DNA of 64,000 nucleotides, from NCBI GenBank assembly GCA_004431415.1, contig QPMI01000282.1, positions 24,314 through 88,313 of the forward strand, written 5' to 3'. The notes under the pieces are model-generated. The model did not search any database. It saw only the letters and a list, made by a program, of their open reading frames with translations, and was not told the origin of the DNA. The DNA is from Cyanophora paradoxa CCMP329 (lineage: Eukaryota; Plantae; Glaucophyta). Below are positions 21,427 through 33,156 of the stretch, one piece after another (the stretch's first letter is position 1; each line of letters begins with the position of its first letter). The position numbers and the translations under genes were made by a program.

Positions 21427-22531
21427 TCATGAGGGGCCCCGCGTTACCAGACTTTGGCTCCCAGTTGAGCTCATGATCAGGGGCTGATTGCATTAATTGG
21501 TTTTTTGATGAATATATAATTCGAATGAAGACGCGACGGCATTTTGCTCCGTTTGCCGTGCCACGGGTAGCGACACTGTGGCATTCGCGTGTTTAATTTG
21601 GAAAACTGTCCGAATACATGAATAGGGCCTGCCAGGCGGCGCCTGCGGAGGGTGCCTCCAACTTGGCAAGAGCCGAGAATTGATCATGATCATGACGTTT
21701 TGATTTAGAGCGCCAGGCTCGGGCTCGCACGGAGCTCCGTCGGCTGCGCCACGCCAATTCGCAAGCGACGCAGTGCACGTGGCTGAGTGGCGGGGGTACG
21801 GTTGTCGGGGTACGGAAAGAGGGAGCCGGGGGCCTAGCGCCGCGGAGGAACTTTAGGATCAATCACTGAGTTGGCGCTAGCTATTTAGCTGGTCACGTGG
21901 GGGCCCCCGGATATGCGCCCAATGCATGATCATGAGGACTCCGGTCCCAGGACAGATCAAGAGGCTCTGAGGCCTTCAAGGCTTGCCAAGTTGTGACAAA
22001 CTGTGACGCCGTGACGTGTGCACGTGTGATAGCACGTGTACTAGTTTTTACGGCGACGCACCATATGCAAATGCGCATGCATATGCATGCGTCGCCGAGT
22101 CGTTCGAATTTCGAATTCGAAATCACGATCAATCGATATTCGATGATCCGCGAGATCAATCGTGGCCTCGCGATCCATCGTGCACGTGCACGTGCGCATG
22201 CACTTGAACTGATTGCTGAGCTTGATTGCTGAACTGATTGCATTTCTCGAGCTCTCCCTTGCCCCCTAGGCCTCCCTCCCGGGCGCCTAGGCCTGCCCCA
22301 CATGCACATGTACAGTTCTTTGCACTAGATCTAGCTCAGAATTCGCCGGCGCTTCGGTATTCGGGGATCCCTTCTCGAGCTCCCTCAATTTAATTTCACC
22401 CTCAATTTGCAGAACGCGGTCGCAGTCCTCTCTCATTGTCGATACTTTCAATGCCTAAAATAAACATGCGGTGCGCTGCGCCGTGGGCACACATGGAGCG
22501 GGGCGGGGCGGGGGGGCCCGGGGTCCGACGG

Positions 22532-24316
22532 TCAGTGGGAGGGCGGGGCGGAGCCGGAGCCGGAGCCGGGGCCGGCGGGGCGCCCAAGGAATGCGAGGGC
22601 GCGCTCGAGGGCGGCGCGGGCGAGGCGGGCGCGCTCGGCGACGAGCGAGGAGGGGACCTCGCTCGCCGCCGCCGCCTCCGCCTCCTGCTCCGCCATTGCC
22701 CCCGCCGCCTCCGCCAGCTCCCGCGCCAGCGCCGCCTCCTCCTCCTCGGGGCGCCCCCGCCCCAGCCCCCGCTCCCGCTCCCGCTCCCGCTCGGCGGCCT
22801 CGCGGAGGGCGCGGGCGCGGCCGGCGGCGGCCTCGCGCGCCGCCGCCAGCGCCTCCGCCTGCGCGTCCAGCAGCGCCACAAGCCTGGGTGGGGGAGAATC
22901 AAGGGGGGGGAAGCGGGAAGGGGGTACAGCGGCGCACTGGGTCTCCCCATCGAGGAGGGCGTCGAAGGGGGGCGGGGGCGCCTCAGCTGAGCTGGGGGCG
23001 GGGGCGGCGCGGGAAACGGGACCCGCCGGGAGCCGGGCCGGGGCGACGGCGGAGGCGCCGGCGGAGGCGCCGGCGGAGGCGGCGGAGGCGAGGGGCGAGA
23101 AGGCGGTACCCGGGGACCCGGACATGGGGAGGGGGGAGGGGCAGGAGGCGGGGGAGGGCGGGTGGCTGCCGGCCCGCAGGTGCTCGGGGGCCGGGTGGAG
23201 CAGGGGCGAGTGGCCGCCCCGCAGGGAGGCGCCGTCGGGTATGTGGAGCCACTGCATGCTGGCGCCGGCGCCGCCGAGGCTGGCGTGCCGCAGGGCCCTC
23301 ACGGAGGACGTGCCGGGGGCCCCCGGCGTGAGGGACCGCGCGAGCGGCGAGTCCTGCCCGCCCGCCCGCCCGCCCCGTCGGTCGGGGGCAGAAATGGGGC
23401 GGCGGGCGGGGCGGCGGAGGCGCACCAAGTGCTGCCCTAGGACCTGGAGGCCTTCGTCCAGGGGTACGCTCGCGCTGCGGGCGGCGGCCGTCAGCGAGCG
23501 GCGGGTGAGGGGGGGGGGTACGCGCACCTCCCGGAGCGGTGGAGGACGCGGTCGGCGGGCCGCTCGGCGCTGCGCTCGCGCTCGCCGCCGCGGCTCATGC
23601 TCGTGCGCTCGAAGGCCGGCGAGAGCGAGGGGCGGCGCCCCGCCGCCGAGTTGAGGTCTCGCCGCCGGACCGAGCCGGCGTCGCTGTGGTCCAGGGCCGC
23701 CATCGCGGCGGCGAGGACGCCGCCCCCCGGGGTGACGGCGCCCGCATCCAGCCCCGGCAGCGTCACTTTCTCGGCGGTCCGGTCCCTGAGCGCGTCCAGC
23801 TCGTCGACTGCGGGCGGGCGCCGGGCGCCGGGCGGGCCGCGGTCAGCGCCGCGCGCGGGCGCGCGCGGGCGGCCGGCCCACCGATCTTCCCCGCGCTCGG
23901 CCTCCGGGGCGCGCTCTGGTTCAGCGACCCGATCTTGAGGGACCCCGATACCGCCTCGGGGATCGCGGCGAAGGGGATGTGCGCGACGTGGCTGTGCGAT
24001 CGGCTCCGCTCCAGCGTTTCTTCGCTCTCCGCGACCAGCGGCATGCTGTACGAAGCTTAGCTGGCACTCGAGGAGCGCGCGGGGGCCGGGCCGACGCACC
24101 CGGGGGCATCGTGGCAGAACGAGACGCGCCGGGCCGAGCGCGCCGTCTGCGCCTGCCCCTCATCGGCCATCTCGACTCGTGCAGCTTGTGCCGGAGCACT
24201 CCCGTGTCCTTCTCAGAGTCTAGATATGCCGCCCTGCCACTGCGCGGGGAATCTGCGCGGGCGACTCGGGCGGCTTCCAGCTTCGCAGCTAGCGCATCCG
24301 CGATCAACGCACCCAC
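22532..24316 (-). CDS. Hypothetical low-complexity protein with C-terminal helical region, multi-exon, 5' end uncertain
   Basis: Exons with host codon bias (VDELDALRDRTAEKVTLPG..., LVALLDAQAEALAAAREAA...LERALAFLG...SH*) separated by GT/GC-AG introns. Confidence 0.5.
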
Positions 24317-24686
24317 TGAGTCAAGCTACAGGCTTCACAGGGGATTGAGCTGGGTTCGGGGCAGAGCTGGATGTGCGCAATACGCGAACGGGTGTTGGTG
24401 CTTTAGTCTCTGCTGCAGATTCGTCTCCTGCTCAGCAACGAGAAACGCGACCCGGGCTAGCGCTGCAGCTGGGCTGGCTTGAAGTCGTTCCGCGAAAGCT
24501 TGCAAGCGAGGCTGTACCCGGGCGAAGACGAGCTCACGAACGAGGGACCGGAGCAGCGCGGCCGGGGCAGCGAGCGAGTAACAGGTGAGGGCGCCGCGCC
24601 AATGCAAGAGCGGCGCCGCCTCGCCGTGCGCCGCGCCAATGCAATCGGCGCAGCGGGCTTTTGGTGCGGGAGAAAGAGCATTGAGC

Positions 24687-24926
24687 ATGGCGAAGGGCAA
24701 AGCAAAGTCCATCTTGATCAAGCTCCTCAGCACGGCGCAGACCGGTTACTTCTACGTGCGCTGCCGCGCCGAGGCCCGCGGGCGCCTCCGCGCCAAGCTG
24801 ACGTGCCGCTCGATCGCCTAGGTAACGAAGAAGAACCCCAGGAACATCCCGCACAAGCTCGCGTTCGTCAAATACGACCCCATAGTCAAGAGGCACGTCC
24901 TCTTCCAGGAGACGAAGATCAAGTAA
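24687..24926 (+). CDS. rpl33: Ribosomal protein bL33, nuclear-encoded mitochondrial-type, Zn-free form; 2 exons (24687-24755, 24822-24926)
   Basis: Spliced [23 protein letters not shown]|[34 protein letters not shown], with a 66-nt GT-AG intron. Confidence 0.95.
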
Positions 24927-25294
24927 ATGTAGCGTGTGTTTCAACGTGAAAGGTTCATATCCAGTGCCCGACGGACCGCTGCGAGTGCCCCGCCGCCCCA
25001 GCAGCACTGCGCCACGCTCCACCGCCGCCGCCCGCCCCGCCGGCGCCGCATGCGCAGCTGGAAGCTCACGCATGCAGATTCTCTCGCTGCGCATGCGGGA
25101 GTGCCACGCGCTGGCGCATGCATCCACCTGAGGCCCAGTCCCGAGGCCACATCACATTGGCACCAGCTGGCTCGGGGGGCGCTCGCATTAAAGGCTGTGC
25201 CGCGGCACAGGATGCACTTACAGGTACTACTGCACTAACCTACTAAACTACTGCACGTCGGCGCCGCACGGCGGACGGGGCGCGCCCGTCCCCG

Positions 25295-27197
25295 CTAGTG
25301 GCCGACCCGGCCGGAGAGGGGTCCGGTGGAGCGCTGGGAGCGGGGGGTGGTGCCGACGGTGACGGGGGGCGCCCCGGCGGCCTCGGCGCCCTGCCGGCGG
25401 GCCACGAGGCGCGTCAGGCGGCGCTCGAAGAGGTCGAGGTCCACCATCTCCGCCGGCGCCCGCTGGGGCGGCTCGCCCCCCGGCCCCGTGCTCGAGCGCG
25501 GCGACGGGTTCGAGCCGCCGCCGCCGCCGCCCGTTGCTGAGAGGGCCTGGCTCTGGTTCGCCGCGGAGGAGGACAGGGCCGCGGTCACGAGGGAGCCCTG
25601 CGGGACCAAGGGGCCGTGGGCGGGGATGGGCCCGGGCGGCAGCGCGCCGGCCGCGACGGCGCGCTTGCGGCCGGCGGGGGAGAGGGTCTGGAAGTGGGAG
25701 GGGAATATGATGGCGTCGCCGGCGGCTGCGGCCTCGAGGGTCCGCCGGTCCTCCTGCTCGCGCTCGCGCTGCTGCGCCCGCTGCACAAACGCCGGCTCAC
25801 CGAGCGCCAGCTGCTGCTGCCGCCGCGCCGCCGCCCGCTCCCGGTGCTTCGCCCGCGTCTCCTCCGCCTTGCTCGCCAGGCTCTGCCGCCGCTTCGCTCG
25901 CGCCTCCGTCAGCGCTGCGCCCGCCCCGCCGCGTCGGGGGCGGATCGATCGATCGAGCGAGCCCCGGCCCCGGCTCGGGCCCCGGAGCCGCCCGCGCACC
26001 CTCGACCTCGCACTTGTTGAGCTCCTCGCGCCGCAGCCGCTCGCGCTCCCGCTGCCCGCCGCGCGCGCGGCCTCAGCAAAGGCGGGCGGGGGCGATGGCT
26101 TCGACGAGGCCAGAGAGGGCGCACCCCCTCCTCGGTGCTCCCGAAGTCGCGGTCCCTCGTGAGGGCCGTCGAGAAGTCCCGCGGGTGCTGGGCTAGCCGC
26201 AGTTGCTGCGGGGCCGCGGTGAGTGAGACCGGGCCGGGTACGGGGCGGGGCAGTACGGGTGCACAAGGGGCGCACCACGGCGTTGTAGTCGTTGCAGAAA
26301 GCGCGGTCGAGCGTCGTGGCGCCCGTGCGGAGCGAGGAGGAGCCCGAGGCGGGACGGCGCTCGGTCATGGAGCCCTCGGAGGGCGGCCGCCGGTGCGCGT
26401 GGTGCACGCTCGGCCGCGGCGGCTCCCGCGCCGTCATCGCGCGCCCCTCGCCCCGCGCCCACCGCTCGCTCGGCGGCTGCGGCTCCCGCGCCGAGGCCCA
26501 CGCGGCGCTCGAGCGGGCGCTCGGCTCGCCGGCCGCCTCCGCCGAAGGCCGCTGGGAGGCGGCCGAGCCGGGCCTGCTCGAGGTCCGCGCCGTGGGCGCG
26601 TGCTGGTAATTCTTCAGCACGTTCTCCACGCGCTTGTGCGGCAGCGGGTAGTCGTCGCTGAGGAGGTTCGTGTACGTCTGCTGCGCCCAGTTCCGCAGCC
26701 AGCCGCTCCGGATCCCCATCGATTCCAGCTCCGCTACCTCCCTCTTCGTCCTGTCCATGAAACTGTGGCCCTCCTGCGGGCGCGCGGCGCTTAGCTAGGA
26801 GTCCGAGACCTCAGGGGCGGTTAGCCCTTCCGCCATCCGCTAGCTAGGATGCCCAGGACAGCGCAAAAACGACGGCCTACCGTTGTGCTGAGCTTGCTGC
26901 CCATCTAATGGCCCGGAGGTCAGCAGGGCGCGGGCGGGCCAAGATAAGCCGGGCCCGGACCTTGCCCTCGAAGGTGTCAATCTCCTCCCAGACGCTCTCC
27001 TTTGCGTGTTCCGCCTTCAGCTGGCGGATGAGACTCGCTTTCCTCCCCGGCGTCAAGGTTTCAGAAGGCTCGAGGTTCGCCACAGGCGTGTGCTTAACGG
27101 GGCGCAGCGAAGCCATGAGGGCCTCGTATTCGTGACCTGGGCGCTTTTCTTCCTCATCCTGTGCCGCTCGGCTACGCTCCGTCCGGTGCGTGTCCAT
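25295..27197 (-). CDS. Hypothetical protein, multi-exon
   Basis: Exons MDTHRTERS...WEEIDTFEGK, FMDRTKREVAELESMGIRSGWLRNWAQQTY..., charged helical segments, ending ...GPLSGRVGH*. Confidence 0.55.
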
Positions 27198-27285
27198 TGC
27201 TGGCCGCTTGGTGCTGGGAAGGCTGTACCCCCAGCCACTCGATTCCCCGGTCGCGGCTGAAATCGCAAAAAGAGCAGCTTCCACG

Positions 27286-30200
27286 ATGGGGTTCAAGACG
27301 CCGGGAGAGGTCTATGCCTACCTCGAGGTGCGCTCTTCCACCGCCGTCTCGCTCCGAGCGCGGCGGAGCGAGTGCCAAGGCTGACGCCCGTGCGCTGCCG
27401 CAATTCGCACCTGCGCCAAGTAGAAAGCGGGTACGCACGATTTCTTGTATCTTTCGCGCACGCGCGCCTCACTCCGCCCCGCAGGAGCGAAGAAATGCCG
27501 TGCGCCACCCGCCCGCCCGCGGCCCGCGCTGCGCCTTTGCACTCGCTTGTTCCGGCGCACAGTCGCCGAGCGCGGCAGTGCCTCGCTGACTCTCGCTCGC
27601 CCTTTCCGATCTTGCGCGTTCGCAGTTGATCTCCCTTGGCACCGCACCTTCACGCAGGCGTTCGCGGCAGGCATGTACGTCGCGCTTGGAGCGACGAACG
27701 CGTGAGCGGCCCGACTCCCGCCTCCCCGCATTTGCTCGAGCGCCTCGCAGATTTACCATCGCGGGCGGCATCATCACGCGTCACTCCGCTGACGAGCCTG
27801 GCACCGATCCCGGCTGGCAGAAGCTGGCCTACGGGGCCGTCTTCCCAATCGGCATCATGCTCGTGCGCGCTCCTCGCTTCGCGATTGTTCCGTTCTTCGA
27901 ATTCCGAGCATTCCTCGTCCACAGGTCGTCTGGGCGGTGCGCTGAGCGATTCGATGCCATCTGAGCGCGCTGCATCTACCGCGCGAGCGTCGCTGCTGAG
28001 CGCCTCGCGCTTCCCGGACTCGCGGCCGCTCACCCGTGCCGTATACGTACGCGTCTTGCATTCGCTGGCGCAGGGGGCGGAGCTTTTGACTTCGAACATG
28101 TTTGTTCATCCCCTCCGAACGCCAGCGCTAGTGGCCATTTCTAGCTTGACTCGCTTCGTACGCTCCGCAGGATGGTTGACGTGATCGATTTCGTGCACCG
28201 CACCAGCTGGAAGACCTTCGGCGGCGTCATGAAGAACTGTGCGACCCGTTTCCGCCTTCCGAACTGCGCCGAGTCTTGACAGCTTGTCGCTCGCGCAGGG
28301 ACCATCGTGCGCAGCCCCGAAGCACTGCGGCTCACGCGTCGCGCAGCGGCTCACGCGCCGCGCCGGCAGACGTGGATCGGGAACCTGTGCGGGTGCTTCT
28401 TCACGAGCTACTTCCTCTCGTACCACACGGGTCTCTTCGCGAACGACCCCTGGCACCACTGGGTCATCTCCTTCGTCGAGCACAAGGCATGCGCATGCGC
28501 TTTCGATGTCGGAATCGAATTTGATCCAGGCGCGCGCGCGCGCGCTCACTGCGGACTCGCGGTCGCAGGCCGAGCTGGAGTGGTACCAGGTCTTCCTTCG
28601 AGGCATCGGCTGCAATATCCTCGTGGTGCGAGCCGCACGCGATCCCCTTTCCCGGCCGGCCCGGGCCCACCTTTAGATCTTCTCGCGCTGAATCCGATGC
28701 CGGCGCAGTGCATGGGCTACTTCATGGCCGGCGCGGCGGTCCGTGTCGAAGGCTCTTGGCTTCTGTGCTCGCCGCTCACTTGGCCCCCGGTGCCGGCCCG
28801 CAGGACGACGCGACGGGCAAGTTCGTCTGCCTCTGGTTCTCCATCTTCGTGCGCGGTACCCCCCGGAGAAAGGGTCCGCTCGAGCTCACCTTAAACCCGC
28901 CCGCCCGCCCGTCCGGCCGGTCGCAGACATTCGCCAGCATCGGCTACGAGCACTGCATCGCGCGCCCGCCCCCTTCCGCCCCGCCGCCCGCTCCCCTTGG
29001 CTTCTTTGAGGCTGTGCCGCGCCAGGCGAACATGTACTACTTCCCGACGGCCATCATGTACGGGGCCCACGTCACCTGGTCCGCATCGGGTCGTACCCCT
29101 GGCCCAGCCTGGTGTGCCCTCCTCGCTCCGCTGAGCTTGGGCCGAGCAGGGGCCGCGCGTTCACGAACTTCATGGTCTCCACCTTCGGCAACATCGTCGG
29201 AGGTGCGCTTCACCTGTTTTGCGCCGTGGGCGAGCGCGCGGGAGCTCGCCAACTCTGTTGTGGTTTCGGTCCTTTAGCCGTCGTCTTTTGCGATCTCATC
29301 TTTTGGTGCGGGCGCCCCCGCCCGCCCGCCCCACCGCCCCGGCTAGTTCGGCACCCGACGCGGGGCGGGCGGGCCGGGGCGGGCGCAGGTTCGGGTTCGG
29401 GCGGCTCTACTTCCGCGAGAACCCGCTCATGCCGGCGCACAACTGCCACCGCCACGATTCCCGGTGAGCCTGCCCGGCCCGCACCGCGCCTGGCTTCCTT
29501 CCTTTCTCCGCCGACTCGTGTCCTCCCTCTCTCTCCGTGCAGGCCGACGGACCACCTGCCGGCGGACAAGATCAAGATGAACGACATCGTCTCGCTCATG
29601 AACCCGCGCAACTCCAGCATCGACCCGCCCTCCGCCGCCTCCGGCAGCGGCGAGTCCGGATCCGTGCGCCCTGGGGCCCACTTCATTGTTTTTCAAGCTG
29701 AAGCTCACGGCCCGGGCGCAGCACTGCGGCGTGAGCGTGCCGATGAACCCCTACGCCACGTGCGCCGCAGCACCCCCCCTCACGCCTTGCCCCTCCCGCC
29801 CTCCAACCCTCTGGCCTCTCGCAGCTACAGCGGGCTGGCGCCGGCGGGGACGTGCAGCTACTTCAAGCGCTACGTGCACAAGGACGGCCGCGTCGTCACC
29901 GCCCGCGTGCGCCTTGGAGAGGAAGGAGGCCTCTAACTGGATGACATACATGCTTCTAGAGCGCTGCGCCGGCCCTCCTTCCCTTCCCAGCCGACCGGGC
30001 GCGCGGTCGCGCGCAGGTGGAGTCGAACGTGCTGCGGGGCACCGACGGCACGCCGCAGAGCCTCGAGGCGCACGTCTTCCTCCCCGAGACCCCCGAGGAG
30101 GTGTGTGTCTCCGGGCCCGCCGGCCCTGGCCGCCCCCGCCCCCGCCCCAGCCCCAGCGCCAGCTTAGCCGCCCGCAGCGCGGAGTGATCGTCATCGAGCT

Positions 30201-30692
30201 GACGCCCGACGGCCGCGCCGACCACATCATCTTCGCGAGCAAGGCCCGCGCCCTCCACTCGACCCCTCACCCCCGCCCCTCTGCGCGGCCTCTGACTCCG
30301 AGCCGCGCGCACAGTCCTTCTGCGACCTCCTCGGCTTCTCCGAGGAGGAGCTCAGGTGAACATGAGCTTCAGCTCCCTTTCCCCTTCCCCGCTCGTTTCT
30401 CAGGTGGCCGGCTTAACTCTCGCATTCGAATTCGCAGGAGCCGCCCGCTCAACTCCGTGACACACCCGGACGACTTCGCCATCTCCGACAACGCCGTCAG
30501 CAGGCGCGCGAGCCGCGCCCCGCCCCGCCCCGCCGCGCCCTAAATATCAACGGCGGCTCGGGCAGGGTGCTGAAGGGCAAGGCAAACGGCGACGCCGGCG
30601 CGGCGCTCCCGGCCGTGCTCGAGGGCGCCAACCGGCGCCGCTCGTCGGTTCCCATGCCCAGTCCCAGCGGCTCCATCACCGTCGACGTGTGA
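27286..30692 (+). CDS. Formate/nitrite transporter (FNT family) fused to a C-terminal circularly permuted PAS domain; more than 20 exons including micro-exons
   Basis: FNT motifs KTPGEV...KAGAKK, AFAAGMYVALG, VFPIGIMLVVWAGAELLTSN, NWTITWIGNLCG, LRGIGCNILVC, FASIGYEHCIANMY, TFGNIVGG. The tail reads SYFKRYVHKDGRVVTARVESNVLRGTDGTPQSLEAHVF-LPETPEE-RGVIVIELTPDG...IIFASKSFCDLLGFSEEELRSRPLNSVTHPDDFAISDNAVSRVLKG. Confidence 0.9.
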
Positions 30693-31226
30693 GCGCCTCT
30701 ATGTTCTGTCGCGCCGGAATTCGGCTGTCCCAAGCTGACGTGGGAGTCTCGGCCGCAGGACAAGCCCCGGCTACAGCCTCCACAAGTCCGTGGACTGATG
30801 AGGCGGCTTCAACCTTCCGTGGGGCCCGCACCGGATCCGTCGGGCCCGGCGCTGGCGGCGGCGCTGCGATCAGAGGGGATATATATCGGCGGGCGCCAGC
30901 TGCGGGTGGTCGCGCGGCCACAGCTTCATTCGATCTCTTAGCTTGACCACTGAAGGGCCACGAGTGCCGGAAAGCGAGCGCCAGCGAACAGCACGAAGGA
31001 GGCGGCTCGAGGTTCTCCGAGCCCACATGTACAGCTGCGCAGTGCGCGCGCGCGGACTCGAGGCACTGTGCACCAAACATTAATCGCAGATAATTCGTTA
31101 GGTAGCCTAGTCGCCATCTGTATATAAACAAGAGCAGCAAGGACGTCGACGTCGACTTTCGAATTCATCGACGTCATGATCAGTATATATACGTACTATA
31201 TCAGCTAGAGCTCAGCGTGGCGACGA

Positions 31227-33156
31227 TCATGCGAAGTAAAAAGAGCCGCCCGCGGCCGGCGGCAGCGAAGAGGGGAAGGGCGACCGCCCGGTGCGGTCGG
31301 AGAGAGCGGGCTGGGCGCGGGGGAAGGCGGGGGGGAGGGGCGGGAGCGGGGGGAGGGCGGGCTTCGAATTCGCCAGCGAGGGCAGCCCCGGCGCCGGCAC
31401 CGGCAGGCCGTGTGGGCTCCAGGGGCCAAGAAGCTCGCCCTCTGCATGCGCAGCGGCGGCTGCAGGGACGGGGGCGAGGCTGAGGCGCCTCAGCGCGCCC
31501 CCGGGCCGGGGCGGGGGGGCCGAGGCCCCTGGCGGCGCCCGCGCCGGGGCGGCGCGGGGGAGGCTCGCCACGTCTGACGAGTGGCGCCGCGGGTGCCCCG
31601 CGGGCGCTGCAAGCGCGGCAGCAGCGGCCTCGGAGGGGTTGGGCCCTGACCAGCTCCGGGACTGCCGGACGGGGCAGTGGCGGGCCGTGACAGGCGGGCC
31701 GGCGCCGGCGGGCGTGGGCGGCGGCGGCGCGGTCGCGCCGGGGGGAGCGACGACCGGGAGGGGCAGGGGGCGGAGCGGGCGGGGGCGGGGCGGAAGGAGG
31801 GCGCTGCCCTCGAGACCGCGGAGCAAGCCCGACGAGGGCCGGGGTGGGGAGGAGAAGAAGGCGGCGAGGCCGGCACCGGTACCCTCCCCTAGGCCTGGAG
31901 GCGTCCAGGGTCCTGGGGGGGTAGGCGGGTACGTAAACGGCGGCGAGTCCGCGCCGGTCGTCGCCGACGATGTGCCGGAGGGGTACGGTGGAGAATCGGC
32001 GCTCGATCGAACGGCGGGGAAGAACGGGGGCGAGTCGACGCGGCGGGGGCCCGCGGCCGGACCGCGGGGTGGAAGAAGAAGGGAGGCTGAGGCGGGGCGG
32101 GACGGGAGTGGAGAGCTCCCCGCGGACGACGGGGCGGATCCAGAAGCTGCCGGGGCGGCGGCCGCGGCCGCGCGGGCGGGGCCCGGGGCGCCCATGTCGC
32201 CGCGGCTGCCGCAGAGCGCGCGGTACGCGGCGTCTGTGATGGGGCGGATCGAAGCGAGGCCGCCCCCGAACGGGGGCGGCGTACGGGTCGGACGACGCGG
32301 CAGGGGCAAGGAGACGCGGCGCGCCGATGACGATCGCGAGCTCGAGCTCGAGCCGCCGAGGGGCTGCGGCGTTAACGTTTTCCGCCGCCTCATCCTGTCG
32401 AGAGCTGATCATGAGCGAAGCAGCCTGAAATTAAAGGAGGGAAATGAACAGAGGCGTACCCCGAGGGGGCCGGGGGGCTCGGGTTCGCGCAGCAGCCGAC
32501 GACGACCTCTGCGCATGCGGAGGGGCCGAGGCGACTCAGAGACGCGTACCCCCGCGCAGATGCAAGAAATGAAAGTTGTACCCCCGACCTCCCTCAGGAC
32601 GTCGAATCCCCGCCCCTCGTCCCACTTTGCGACGGCGGCGTAGAGCCTAAGCAGGAATGCGGCGTAAACGGCCTGAAGGGTACAGGTAATTATAAATACA
32701 ATTAATCAGACAGAGAAGAGGGGATGAGAAAGGGTAAAAGGAGCACCGCGGAGACGCCGTCAGTCCAGGTGTCGGCTATTTGGAAGACAGAACGTCGGAA
32801 GAGGGGCCTGGGCATGGCGTCTCGCCCTCGGCTGCATATGCATGCGCAGTTAAATGTTTAAATTGTTGACGCAGAAAAACAATTAAGACCAATTGAGATT
32901 CCAATGCGGAATGAATTCAGGAGACTAAGATCAAGAGAAGCCTCACCTGTCCATCTCCCAGTCCTGGACAGCGGTCTGGAGGGCGGCGGAGGGGTCCCAC
33001 TCGGCGTGCAGAGCCCGATACATGCACGCGTGGAACCGCTGCGGGGGTACGCGACGATTAGGGAGGGGTTACAAAGGGGGGTACAGAGGGGGTGCGGACC
33101 TGGAAGGAGCGGAAGGGGAGGTCGCCCGTGTCCGGCTCGGAGAGGGGGCGCGCTAG
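31227..33156 (-). CDS. Hypothetical protein with EF-hand-like DW..D / F..AD.WT domain and long Ser/Pro-rich tail; 5' end not resolved
   Basis: Exons 33038-32947, 32831-32747 and 32672-~32582 splice in frame to RFHACMYRALHAEWDPSAALQTAVQDWEMDSRGRDAMPRPLFRRSVFQIADTWTDGVSAAVYAAFLLRLYAAV. The last exon corresponds to the 31227-32393 ORF. Confidence 0.6.

Noticed and set aside
31291-32643. 450-aa plus-strand ORF
   Set aside because: Antisense shadow of the spliced minus-strand gene.
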